DNA of 41,742 nucleotides, counting the filler, from an uncultured Candidatus Peribacteria bacterium (lineage in GTDB: Bacteria > Patescibacteriota > Gracilibacteria > RBG-16-42-10): assembly GCA_964514565.1 (NCBI GenBank). It is 2 parts of 2 records of this genome, joined end to end, with 100 filler letters (N's around TTAATTAATTAA, not from the genome) between each part and the next. Parts side by side here need not be neighbours in the genome. Positions count along the whole stretch, not along the records: positions 1 to 27,043 come from CAZERA010000003.1; positions 27,144 to 41,742 come from CAZERA010000007.1. One strand, given 5' to 3'. Shown piece after piece: positions 18,413-27,261 of this stretch. The number at the start of each line of letters is the position of its first letter. The stretch's first letter is position 1. A program made the position numbers and the translations under genes. The notes below the pieces were generated by a model that did no database searches, was not told the DNA's origin, and saw nothing but the letters and a program-made list of their open reading frames with translations.

Positions 18413-18538
18413 GCAGGGATATAGTAATGATTACAATGTGTAAAGTAGCATGGAGTTTTTTATTGGTCCGGTTTTGGAGTATAGATTGGCTTGTTTGGAC
18501 GCGTGAATCTTAGTGTAGCCACTTAGTGGTCGTGCACT

Positions 18539-18566
18539 TTGCATTCTCAAAAAAGTTCACTATAGT
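18539..18566 (+). promoter_or_regulatory. sigma70-like promoter for tRNA
   Basis: TTGCAT-16nt-TATAGT, 19 nt upstream of the tRNA. Confidence 0.5.
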
Positions 18567-18585
18567 ACAGCTGCTTCCAAGCAAC

Positions 18586-18661
18586 GGGCCCATAGCTCAG
18601 GGGTTAGAGCAGTTCGCTCATAACGAATTGGTCCCTGGTTCAAATCCAGGTGGGCCCACCA
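18586..18661 (+). tRNA. tRNA-Ile2 (CAT anticodon; elongator Met not excluded)
   Basis: Cloverleaf GGGCCCA/TGGGCCC, anticodon loop CTCATAA, T-loop TTCAAAT, encoded CCA. The paired first base excludes fMet. Confidence 0.9.
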
Positions 18662-18820
18662 ACAAGTCCACAGGACTTGTCTTACCTTTGATTTTATTCT
18701 TCAGGTACATTCGTAGTGTTTATTGAGAGTCATTTGGACTTGTAATGGTAAAAGTAAAGATAAGAATAAGAAGAGTTTTCATAATTGATTGTTTAGAGTT
18801 AGAGAATCTAACTATCAGTT

Positions 18821-19168
18821 ATGTTTATATTTGAACAATTTCCTGTTTATATAAGAACTGAGCAAATCCAGTCGACAATTAAGCAGTTGATCCAAAATAG
18901 AAAACTAGATAAAAACCTAGCAGACCAACTTAAAAGAGCTAGTCTGAGTATTTTGCTAAATATAGCCGAGGGTAGTGGACGACACACACCAAAAGAAAAG
19001 GCCAGTTTTTATTTGATAGCTAGAGGGTCTTGTTATGAATGTATGGCAATTATCAAGTTGCTGAGGACAGAAACTGTTGATGATAAAGTTGTGGATCAGT
19101 TGTATCTGGATTTTACTGAAATTAGTAAAATGCTTTCAGGTATGGTTAAGAGATTTCATGCGCTATGA
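18821..19168 (+). CDS. four-helix bundle protein (23S rRNA IVP / TIGR02436 family)
   Basis: 'FEQFPVY', 'DQLKRASLSILLNIAEGSGR', 'FYLIARGSCYEC' signature. Confidence 0.9.
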   Translation: MFIFEQFPVYIRTEQIQSTIKQLIQNRKLDKNLADQLKRASLSILLNIAEGSGRHTPKEKASFYLIARGSCYECMAIIKLLRTETVDDKVVDQLYLDFTEISKMLSGMVKRFHAL

Positions 19169-19200
19169 AGTATTAGTTGCCAGTAAAAATGAGATTTTCG

Positions 19201-19740
19201 TTATTGGCTAATAACAGTTCTATTTATGCGACCTTCAATCGTGTTTTTTGCTCGAATTAAAAGTGGAATATAATGAGCTGGTACTTGAGTAAAGCAGTCT
19301 ATTGTACCGTGTTCCAAGAAATATGGTGATGGTGTTTGGCCGTATGTGATGATTCTATTCATAGCGGACTGTCCTTGACGAAGACGGAGGATTGATAGAT
19401 TGATTCTTTCTAATCGTGTGAGCCAAACATGAATATCTGGACTTGTAGGCATTGGCAAATCTTCAGTGGATGGAGGTGGAGTGACACATCGTCCATTGTT
19501 CACTAAAGCTGGGAATCCCGTCATAGCTTGGAATTCAGTATTTGTTACTTCAATAGCGCTAATTGCTGTTGATTGATCGTCGACGAGTTTTAGTTTATTT
19601 ATGCATGCTCCGCCTAATCCACTGATTAGTACCAAGGCTAGTTTACTTCTAATATCAACTTTGGTTCGCGTAACATCTACCCTAGTTGGGGCGTGTTTTT
19701 GAATCGGGTTGACTAATGATTGATCAATGTGATGATTCAT
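19201..19740 (-). CDS. hypothetical protein with hydrophobic segment ending GGAC
   Basis: 179-aa ORF; upstream TTGACA-16nt-TATTAT promoter on the minus strand (19796-19769). Confidence 0.6.
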   Translation of the reverse strand: MNHHIDQSLVNPIQKHAPTRVDVTRTKVDIRSKLALVLISGLGGACINKLKLVDDQSTAISAIEVTNTEFQAMTGFPALVNNGRCVTPPPSTEDLPMPTSPDIHVWLTRLERINLSILRLRQGQSAMNRIITYGQTPSPYFLEHGTIDCFTQVPAHYIPLLIRAKNTIEGRINRTVISQ

Positions 19741-19807
19741 GGAATCGCATTAATATTATATGAAATTTATAATAATATATTAGATATTTTTGTCAATATT
19801 ACCTTAA

Positions 19808-20016
19808 TGAGACGGGAATTGTAGTTGCAAGAGAGTCGAAGTGAATAAAGGAACAACATGCCGTCTTCTGTGAACGGGCTATCAACCCATCAGTGTTTGA
19901 GTGAGGGTTATTAACGCTAAAATATTTTGGATATGTTTATCTTCTCGAGGCCAGTGGAATGATAATGCAAACCGTTCAAAATCCATCCACAAGCGTCCAC
20001 CAACGATCTCGTCTTA
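19808..20016 (+). ncRNA. candidate ~210-nt structured RNA
   Basis: Closing stem tgagacggga/tctcgtctta (10 bp, G-U favour +), inner tgaacgg/ccgttca and aaccc/gggtt; no convincing ORF. Confidence 0.3.
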
Positions 20017-20026
20017 GGCGAGTAGT

Positions 20027-20111
20027 CTTATTCCTATTTCCTTATTCCTGCCTTTTTGGTCCAGGGTAACTTTCGCGAGATCAAGGAACGAGGAACAAGG
20101 AATTAGGAATT
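20027..20111 (+). repeat. inverted heptamer-repeat hairpin
   Basis: CTTATTC CTATTTC CTTATTC ... AAGGAAC GAGGAAC AAGGAAT TAGGAAT. Confidence 0.75.
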
Positions 20112-20344
20112 AACTGCTTGTCCCAAGGGGACAATTTGTTACCGCAAACATGAAGGATTAAGTTACTTAAAAAGTCCTGCAAGTTTTTGCCAAGCTTTTA
20201 TCTCTAAAAGGACTAGAGATAAAGGTGGTGTAGTTTCATAGGTAAGCAACAATTGAGTGGAAAGACAATCGGAAAAAAGAAACTAGGAAAGAAAAATAAA
20301 CCATGTATGTTAGGTTGTTTCAGGAAATGATATTCACGCAAAAC

Positions 20345-22606
20345 ATGAAAAAGACTTTATTCAGCGGCTTGAGAAAAAGTACTCTCCTTACATCATTAGT
20401 GCTGGTACTGACCGTAGTGCTAGCCCCCCAGGTTCCAGCTCTCAACAGCATACTGGTTCCACAGGCTTATGCTGATGGGCAAGAAGAGATTTCCGGATTT
20501 GTTTATGATGATATCAATGGTAGTTCGAGTTTTGATGCTGGAGATGTCGGGCGAGATGGTCAAATGGTATTGCTACAAGAGGCATCCATACCATTTACTC
20601 AAATTGGAACCACCACTACGGTAAATGGCACATTTACTTTCAATGCCCAGAATTCAACCATTTCCCCTGGTGCAGACTATTATTTGTATGTCTTCAATGA
20701 CGCTGATGATACGTTCACTGAAGGAGACTTTGGGGTGTATGTTGCTGGCCTTGCTACTGATGAAGAACGTGATGGAGGTATGTTTGGGTTGTTTAAACAA
20801 AATTCGTTTTCTGGCGCTACTTTCTATGATCTTAACCGTGACGGCGTTCGCCAGGATGGGGAAGCACCTCTCGTTAACCTTGAGTTAACACTACAAGATA
20901 GCGAAGGAAACATACTTGCTGGACCATTACAAACAAGTCTGTCAGGTTCCTATGAGTTGCGCAGTGGTGTGATTGCTCCCGGTACCTACTATTTAGATTT
21001 TGCACAGTATTTCACCCCCTATGTGTTCACAGAGCAAGATGTGGGAGCAGATGAGGCTCGAGACAGTGATGTTGGTAGTGATGGTCGTATTCCAGTTACG
21101 GTTACCTACGCTGCCACTCATACAAATTTAGATGTGGGAATGTACCGCGCTAATATTCTTATCGGAGGAAGGGTATTCACTGATCTCAATGAGAATGGTG
21201 TCGAAGACGTAAGTGAGCCAGGCGTAAATAACATTCAAGTGTCTGCTATCAACCGTGAAACTATGTTGAGTATCGCAGCTACTACTACGAACTCCGATGG
21301 TGAATATCAGTTGAGCGTCGATCCAACTTCATGCAGCGAACATGCATCACTAGAACAAGATAGTCCAATCAGTATCCATTGTCCCGTGGCAGAAGCTGGT
21401 GGATACTACCAACTCAGCTTTACTACGGGGATGAATTGCGAGATGGGCTCAACAAGCTTTGTGCTGACCACTGCTGGTGGCGCTGAGCTCTATAATGAGA
21501 GCTGTGACTTTTTTGGCAACCTCCAACCAAATACCAATTATAGTTTTATCTTTAGTACGGCTGAATTGGGCACCGGAACGGCTAATCTTACGGTGCAGAA
21601 CCTCGAACCAGTGATGGATACGGTTATGGTTTACAACCTCACACTCACATATATTAATGTAGTTGCTAACTTTGATAATTTGCCAAGTGGAGCAGTATTC
21701 ACTGATCCAAATATCGGAGTAGACACTACAATTGATAGTGACGTCATTAATTCAAACGGAGATACCATTAATCTTTTTGCTGGTGCTGGTGATGTTGTAG
21801 AAAATGTTGATGCCGGATTGCTATTGGCAAGTGAGGAAGAAGAGAGCAGCGGTAGTGGCAGTACTAGTACTAGTAGTGGTAGTGGCAGTACCAGTAGTGG
21901 CAGCGGGAGTGCGAGCAGTGGAGGAAGTGGTGGGGGAATGCGCTTTGCCCGTAGTCAAAACACACTGCCAAAGATTAGTGCTACCTATAGTCCATGTTTA
22001 GTATCAGGCCGGTCAGTCTCCCTGGTTTTCCAAGATATATCCTCCAATGCTGATGTCGATTTTCTTACCAGCATTACTTTTCTCAATGAACCAAAAAGAT
22101 ATTTGATCAAGGGCTATGGAGATGGCACATTCGGTATCAACAGGCAGCTCACGCGTTTTGAACTCCTCAAAATAGCGCTTTCAAGCAACTGTGCTGGTAG
22201 TGGAGGAGCCTTCACTACTACCAACACTTTTTTCTCTGATGTCCCCACAGATGATTCAGAAAAGTCCCGTGTTATTGGAGAGGGCTATCGCCTTGGTATC
22301 ATCAAGGGTGTGGATGATAAGTTCTACCCAGACCAACCAGTAAGCTACGCCGAAATGATCAAAATACTTTTTAGTGCCAGTGCATACTTCAAAGACGGCA
22401 AGCCAATAGCTGAGCTAGACGAAAATGTTGTGGGACTCACTGACCAATCATTCACCCAGACAGTGGTATACGCCAAAAGATTGAATATCCTACCATTTCC
22501 CAATGAAACACCATTTCCTCAAGATCACTTGGTAACAAGACAAGAAATGATCAGTGTACTAGCCAATTTCATCAGGGCCATGCGTGGCACAGTAATGGTG
22601 AACTAG
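20345..22606 (+). CDS. surface protein: SdrD B-like repeats + SLH domains (paralog 2)
   Basis: Signal peptide from MKKTLF (ATG 20345); colinear with 15830..18412; Ser/Gly linker; SLH motifs 'LTRFELLK' and 'GIIKGVDDKFYP'. Confidence 0.85.
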   Translation: MKKTLFSGLRKSTLLTSLVLVLTVVLAPQVPALNSILVPQAYADGQEEISGFVYDDINGSSSFDAGDVGRDGQMVLLQEASIPFTQIGTTTTVNGTFTFNAQNSTISPGADYYLYVFNDADDTFTEGDFGVYVAGLATDEERDGGMFGLFKQNSFSGATFYDLNRDGVRQDGEAPLVNLELTLQDSEGNILAGPLQTSLSGSYELRSGVIAPGTYYLDFAQYFTPYVFTEQDVGADEARDSDVGSDGRIPVTVTYAATHTNLDVGMYRANILIGGRVFTDLNENGVEDVSEPGVNNIQVSAINRETMLSIAATTTNSDGEYQLSVDPTSCSEHASLEQDSPISIHCPVAEAGGYYQLSFTTGMNCEMGSTSFVLTTAGGAELYNESCDFFGNLQPNTNYSFIFSTAELGTGTANLTVQNLEPVMDTVMVYNLTLTYINVVANFDNLPSGAVFTDPNIGVDTTIDSDVINSNGDTINLFAGAGDVVENVDAGLLLASEEEESSGSGSTSTSSGSGSTSSGSGSASSGGSGGGMRFARSQNTLPKISATYSPCLVSGRSVSLVFQDISSNADVDFLTSITFLNEPKRYLIKGYGDGTFGINRQLTRFELLKIALSSNCAGSGGAFTTTNTFFSDVPTDDSEKSRVIGEGYRLGIIKGVDDKFYPDQPVSYAEMIKILFSASAYFKDGKPIAELDENVVGLTDQSFTQTVVYAKRLNILPFPNETPFPQDHLVTRQEMISVLANFIRAMRGTVMVN

Positions 22607-22661
22607 TGCATGGTTTGAATCGCAAAGGTAAAAAGTGGGGAAGGCACAATTGCCCCTTTCT

Positions 22662-24770
22662 TTAACGTATTGGTAGCGTTGGAGCTCTCATTGATCGCTG
22701 TATTTCTTGCCAAGCTGCCGCTAAGTTTTGTTGTTCAATCTGTGGATCTTCTGTGTCCACTATGCCCCATAGGTCTAATGTTTGCTGAGCTTCATCAGGT
22801 GGTTCGCCACCGATCGCATAGTACCAAGCGCTATAGATTATTTCTTTGGCTCTATCGACATAAGTACCTGGGTCAGGTAAGGCAAGGAAGGCTGCTACCT
22901 GGAAGGTATAAGCTGCTTTCTCAGCGGCACTAAAATGTCCCCCTCGCGATAATATTTGATAAAGAGGCTCTACTTCGTGGATAATTGCTTCACTGCTTCT
23001 AAAAGCATCATAGGATTGGACTGGGACTGTCGCCACTTGATTCCAAAGTCCTTGCCAAATATGATTATCACCCAAGTTCATTTCAATCAATATCCGTCTT
23101 TCCAAATCTGCATCAGCTTGAACACTCCTTTTCAATACAGTTCGTAATCCAACCACAAGCATAGCTTGTATTGTCGGACTTTGAGTCTGTGCCCATTCCA
23201 GTAGTGCATGTCGAGTTTCTGGTAAGAAAAGGAATACGGTAAGCAGATCATGGGGATTACCTGGAGTGTTATTAAAAGTGCTAACTGTGTCACCATTGCC
23301 AATTATCTGGTGAAATATTTCTAGTCGTTTTTCTGGATGATTGAGTAAGAAATTGTGAATATCGAAACTAAAAGTTAATCCTCTTGGATCATTGTTTGGG
23401 GCTCCTGGTATGCGTTCATTAATCGGTACTGGTCGATTTGCTATTATAGCGCGTGATGCTCTGGCTCTCTCAGCTGTTGTTTCTAAATAGCTGCGCTCAG
23501 CTTCTGACAAGTCTGGGACTCTAGCGAGACGTGACTCAATTACGAGAATAAAGTGAGTAAGAATAGCAGCACGGGTATTATCATTCGTTTCAGGTTGGTC
23601 ACGTCTATGAATAATTTCATTGAAAACACGGGCAAAACCGCTAGCATCTTCGGCAGTGGCTTCTAGCGGATTTGGAGGTAAATCCGATGAATTTACTCGT
23701 AGCAATGGTTGGGGAAGAGCAGTTGCAATTGTTTGAGTAATTTCTACTGCCCCGTCCGTAGATTCTTCTCGACTTGGTATTGTGTTGTTACTACCATAAG
23801 CTACTGGTGCTAATTGATGATGAACAAAATCGGCTTCCCACACTCTTAGCATATGGTAAAGAAAATAAGCGTTGCTTGTAGTGTTTTGTGGTTGTTCAGT
23901 AGGAGCTATTGGAGTACTTGGTGCACCCACTTGTGATTGGGTATTCCATTCACTTCTACCAGCAGGAGGTTCTCGAAATACAATTCCTCCAGGGTAACTA
24001 AAACTTTGTAAGGGAAATTGAAAAAGTCGTTGTTCAGATTCAGCAATCATCCTATCTTGCCCTTGATCAGTGACCACGTAATAATCTAGTAAGTTTTCAA
24101 TTGGTACGAGTTTTGTGGTATCTGGTTCTGTTGTTCTTTTGCCATCTCGAATATCATACCAATGGCCATGGTAATGCATTACCAATGTGACATGATTTAC
24201 TGGGGGATCACCCAGCGGACTAAACTCTTCAAAGTATATATTGTGTGTGCCTAATCTGAGAAATAAAATTGCTGCTTGCAAAGTAAATCCTTCACAGTTG
24301 ATTGCTTCTCGTTCTTGGATTCTTGTTACTCGCCCTGAACCACTTTCGTAACGAAACTTTTGTGCTGTTACATAACGCACAGCATCGTGGTCAGCTAAAT
24401 GATTTTCTCGAATAATTCTTTGTGTCTCTGCAAACAGGGCATCTTGTTGTTGTATATAGTGTGGAATGCTTGCCTCTGCTAGTGAGCTTTCAATCGCTTC
24501 AGCCCTTACCACAAATCTTTCTGGCCGAAATTGATGATTAGCTTGTTCTTGGCGTGCTTCCCGTAGTAATTGCGTTCGTGCGCGTTCACGTAAAAAGGGA
24601 CCAACCTGTTTGTCTACCTGCTGTAGTATCCAGCCCACTGCATGGCGATTACTACTGACTATGAGAGGCGTGTGCACCATGAATGCTATCAGTAAACCAG
24701 TGGCTATTTTTGTACTAGGTGCTTTACTAACCTGCCATGATGGCACTTTTCTTGGTAAACTATTATCCAT
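22662..24770 (-). CDS. large membrane-anchored protein with transglutaminase-like domain
   Basis: N-terminal hydrophobic segment; INCEG...NHVTL...WYD (Cys-His-Asp order); helical C-terminus. Confidence 0.55.
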   Translation of the reverse strand: MDNSLPRKVPSWQVSKAPSTKIATGLLIAFMVHTPLIVSSNRHAVGWILQQVDKQVGPFLRERARTQLLREARQEQANHQFRPERFVVRAEAIESSLAEASIPHYIQQQDALFAETQRIIRENHLADHDAVRYVTAQKFRYESGSGRVTRIQEREAINCEGFTLQAAILFLRLGTHNIYFEEFSPLGDPPVNHVTLVMHYHGHWYDIRDGKRTTEPDTTKLVPIENLLDYYVVTDQGQDRMIAESEQRLFQFPLQSFSYPGGIVFREPPAGRSEWNTQSQVGAPSTPIAPTEQPQNTTSNAYFLYHMLRVWEADFVHHQLAPVAYGSNNTIPSREESTDGAVEITQTIATALPQPLLRVNSSDLPPNPLEATAEDASGFARVFNEIIHRRDQPETNDNTRAAILTHFILVIESRLARVPDLSEAERSYLETTAERARASRAIIANRPVPINERIPGAPNNDPRGLTFSFDIHNFLLNHPEKRLEIFHQIIGNGDTVSTFNNTPGNPHDLLTVFLFLPETRHALLEWAQTQSPTIQAMLVVGLRTVLKRSVQADADLERRILIEMNLGDNHIWQGLWNQVATVPVQSYDAFRSSEAIIHEVEPLYQILSRGGHFSAAEKAAYTFQVAAFLALPDPGTYVDRAKEIIYSAWYYAIGGEPPDEAQQTLDLWGIVDTEDPQIEQQNLAAAWQEIQRSMRAPTLPIR

Positions 24771-24872
24771 TCTGATGTTTACTAATATGGACGCTTATCA
24801 TTGTAACATTATTCACTTGAGTTGAGGGGCTAGAACTATTCTGATTATAACAATCTGTGCTGCTATATAGAG

Positions 24873-25841
24873 CTATGAGCATTCCTTATTTCCAAACATA
24901 AAATGAGTAAAATCTACTGCTACCTGATCAAATAGTTCTTTTGTAGCTGGATAAGCGTGCGGGACTTGAGCTGCAGGACAGCGTATCCGTGGTTTACTGA
25001 GCAAATTCGATGCTTCTTGGTCACTGGAAACCGCTTGTCTCGCCACTGTACACAGGGCGGTTCTCACTTGTTCTCTATCAGTTATGAGAATATTCGCTGG
25101 CAATCTTAATCGAACATCGCTACTTGGTTCAATGAGCAAATCTGCGCCCTGCTGATATAATGCATCTAACCACACATCAATAATACAATGTGTTTGTGCT
25201 TGTCGTAGAATTGCAGGCCTCATCACCACGAGTTGTTGATTCCAATATATTGACCGGTCATTCTGGGAGAGATTTTGGCTGTTCAATTTTTCCCAACCTG
25301 TTTGCAAATATTTTTTACAGACTTTGAGTGCATGTTCTAAACCCGCTTCGATGGAATGGATTACTAAGGGATGTTCGCCATGCGGGACCTCTTTTATTTT
25401 ATCGTTTAGTGCTTTCTGTGTTTCAATTAAATTTTCTAATGCCTGAGGATCCTGACTGATCTGAGCAAAAGTTCTCTGTAAGGTGTTCATCACATTCGCT
25501 CTATAGCCATTGAAGAAAAGATCAATCACATTTTCCTCACCAAACATTGATTCTGCTAATAAAACTTCACTCTGGGCTGAAGCTTCTTCAATGGAAAGGG
25601 GGCGTTCGACTTGCTGACGATTGATTACTACCAAGACACCCAACCTGCGATGCAATCTGTGCCAAACCTCTTCAACAAATGTTCGTAAATATGTGTCATA
25701 CACTGCTTCAGGATGGTCACTCTCACTGGTGGCTAATGGTTTTTGCACTCCCAGCGCTTGCTCTGCCTGTTTTAAAAAATCAAATAGAGTGATTATATTG
25801 CGTTGCTTGGCTGTTGGAACTTCATATACACCACTTTTCAT
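24873..25841 (-). CDS. hypothetical protein
   Basis: 322-aa helical ORF with C-terminal RCPA motif; no family recognised. Confidence 0.65.
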   Translation of the reverse strand: MKSGVYEVPTAKQRNIITLFDFLKQAEQALGVQKPLATSESDHPEAVYDTYLRTFVEEVWHRLHRRLGVLVVINRQQVERPLSIEEASAQSEVLLAESMFGEENVIDLFFNGYRANVMNTLQRTFAQISQDPQALENLIETQKALNDKIKEVPHGEHPLVIHSIEAGLEHALKVCKKYLQTGWEKLNSQNLSQNDRSIYWNQQLVVMRPAILRQAQTHCIIDVWLDALYQQGADLLIEPSSDVRLRLPANILITDREQVRTALCTVARQAVSSDQEASNLLSKPRIRCPAAQVPHAYPATKELFDQVAVDFTHFMFGNKECS

Positions 25842-25946
25842 ACAAAACAGTTATTGGACCGATGATACATATTTTTATGACTTGAGAATTTACCATGGTA
25901 ATTAAGTATTGTCTATAAGTGTGGCTCCTGAAATTTATTGTACTAA

Positions 25947-25992
25947 AAAAGCTTGAGTCAGATGGAACAACATCCATCGGGCCCAAGCTTTT
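25947..25992 (-). terminator. rho-independent terminator of SLH paralog 3
   Basis: aaaagcttg...gatgga-loop-tccatc...caagctttt, followed by a T-run on the minus strand. Confidence 0.65.
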
Positions 25993-26006
25993 GCTGAACT
26001 AAAAAA

Positions 26007-27043
26007 TTAATTTGTGATTACTAAGTTGCTCATTGCTTTGATATAGCGAGCAATCAAGATTGCCATTTCATCGCGGGTGACCACACGGTTTTGATCGATT
26101 GGTTTACCATCTTCACCAATGATACCAAGCAGTTTTGCGTATTCGATTGGTTGTACGAAGCTTGGTTCAGTGATACCTGTCTCAGTGACTGGAAGATTAG
26201 CTGCTGGTGTGCCATTTGGGAAATAAGCACTTGATCCCAATAAGATCTTCATTAATTCACCGAGTGTGACTGGACGATTAGGGTAAAATTGATCATTGAG
26301 ACCAGTAATAATACCGCGGGCATGTGCTTCACCAATCACACGAGACTGTTCAGATTGATCATGATTTACATCTGAGAAGTGTGAGTTTGGCGTATTGAAG
26401 TTGCCACCGGCTACACAGTTACTACTCATTGCTACTTTGAGCAATTCAAATCTAGTCATTGGTAAGTTGCCAGCGAAGTGACCATTGCCGTCTCCTTGAA
26501 TTAAGCGATTGGCAGCATTGTGGTTGAAAATAATACCACTCAAATAATCCGTATCTGGTGTACTACCATCATAGAAATTGATTGGTGTTGTTCCACCAGT
26601 GAGAAGACATGCTTCTTCATGAGGAGTAACTACTGGCAATGTATGAGGTTGAGGTGCTGGAGTCTCAGCTACTTGTGATTGTTTTGTAGAGCTAGATGAG
26701 CTATTGCTACTGCTGTTGCTTGAACTACCTGAAGTCCAACCGCTACTTTGACTACCGCTACCACCGCCGCTACCGCCACCACCAAATACTACGCCGCCAC
26801 CTCCACCGCTGCTACCTCCGGAGGTTGTAATGAAAATACCACGGCTACCGGCATCGACGCTGTCACCATCGGTTATTGTGACATGAATAGGATTCCCACC
26901 GCCAGTGATGGTCGTACCGGTAGGCTTAATAATAGTAAGGGTATAGGTAGTAGGATAAACATCACCACCGACATTACCATTTTCGTCGAGTGAGACTACT
27001 TGATCAAAATCACCACCTTGTACGCGTACGGTAGTACCCGTGG
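26007..27043 (-). CDS. SdrD-B/SLH surface protein paralog 3, 5'-truncated by the gap
   Basis: The frame stays open from 26639 to the N run: TGTTVRVQGGDFDQ...DAGSRGIFITT, a G/S linker, then SLH region 'MTRFELLKVAMSSNC'. It aligns by eye with the last repeat of paralog 1 (...DLGSRGIYF). Confidence 0.85.
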
Positions 27044-27143
27044 NNNNNNNNNNNNNNNNNNNNNNNNNNNNNNNNNNNNNNNNNNNNTTAATTAATTAAN
27101 NNNNNNNNNNNNNNNNNNNNNNNNNNNNNNNNNNNNNNNNNNN
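27044..27143. other. artificial contig/scaffold spacer
   Basis: 44 N + TTAATTAATTAA (stops in six frames, 27088-99) + 44 N. Confidence 0.95.
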
Positions 27144-27214
27144 AGGCGACGACCAGAATTGAACTGGTGTACGGGGTTTTGCAGACCCCTGCGTAACCAC
27201 TCCGCCACGTCGCC
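27144..27214 (-). tRNA. tRNA-Cys (GCA)
   Basis: GGCGACG...CTGCAAA...TTCAATT...CGTCGCC-T; the CCA end is lost in the gap. Upstream TTGCAA-16nt-TACACT. Confidence 0.92.
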
Positions 27215-27261
27215 AAAGCAAAGTCAGTGTAGGCAAAACTAGAATATTTGCAAGAGTATCC

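Noticed and set aside
18526..18726. 66-aa ORF from the track
   Set aside because: It overlaps tRNA-Ile2 and its promoter, so it is a spurious frame.
18821..19168. Diversity-generating retroelement (Avd-like gene)
   Set aside because: I saw no reverse transcriptase and no template/variable repeat pair with adenine-specific mismatches. The protein fits the stand-alone TIGR02436 family.
19960..20003. tmRNA/tRNA-like 3' end (gttcaaaatcc...tccacca)
   Set aside because: There is no T-arm or acceptor pairing, the spacing is wrong, and there is no GGGG 5' end or tag frame.
18586..26000. Integrative island at tRNA-Ile2
   Set aside because: No integrase and no duplicated tRNA 3' end were found by eye.
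26748..26993. Thr/Ala-rich + strand ORF
   Set aside because: It is the antisense shadow of the Gly/Ser linker of SLH paralog 3.
27088..27099. TTAATTAATTAA palindrome
   Set aside because: It is a synthetic six-frame-stop spacer centred in the N run.
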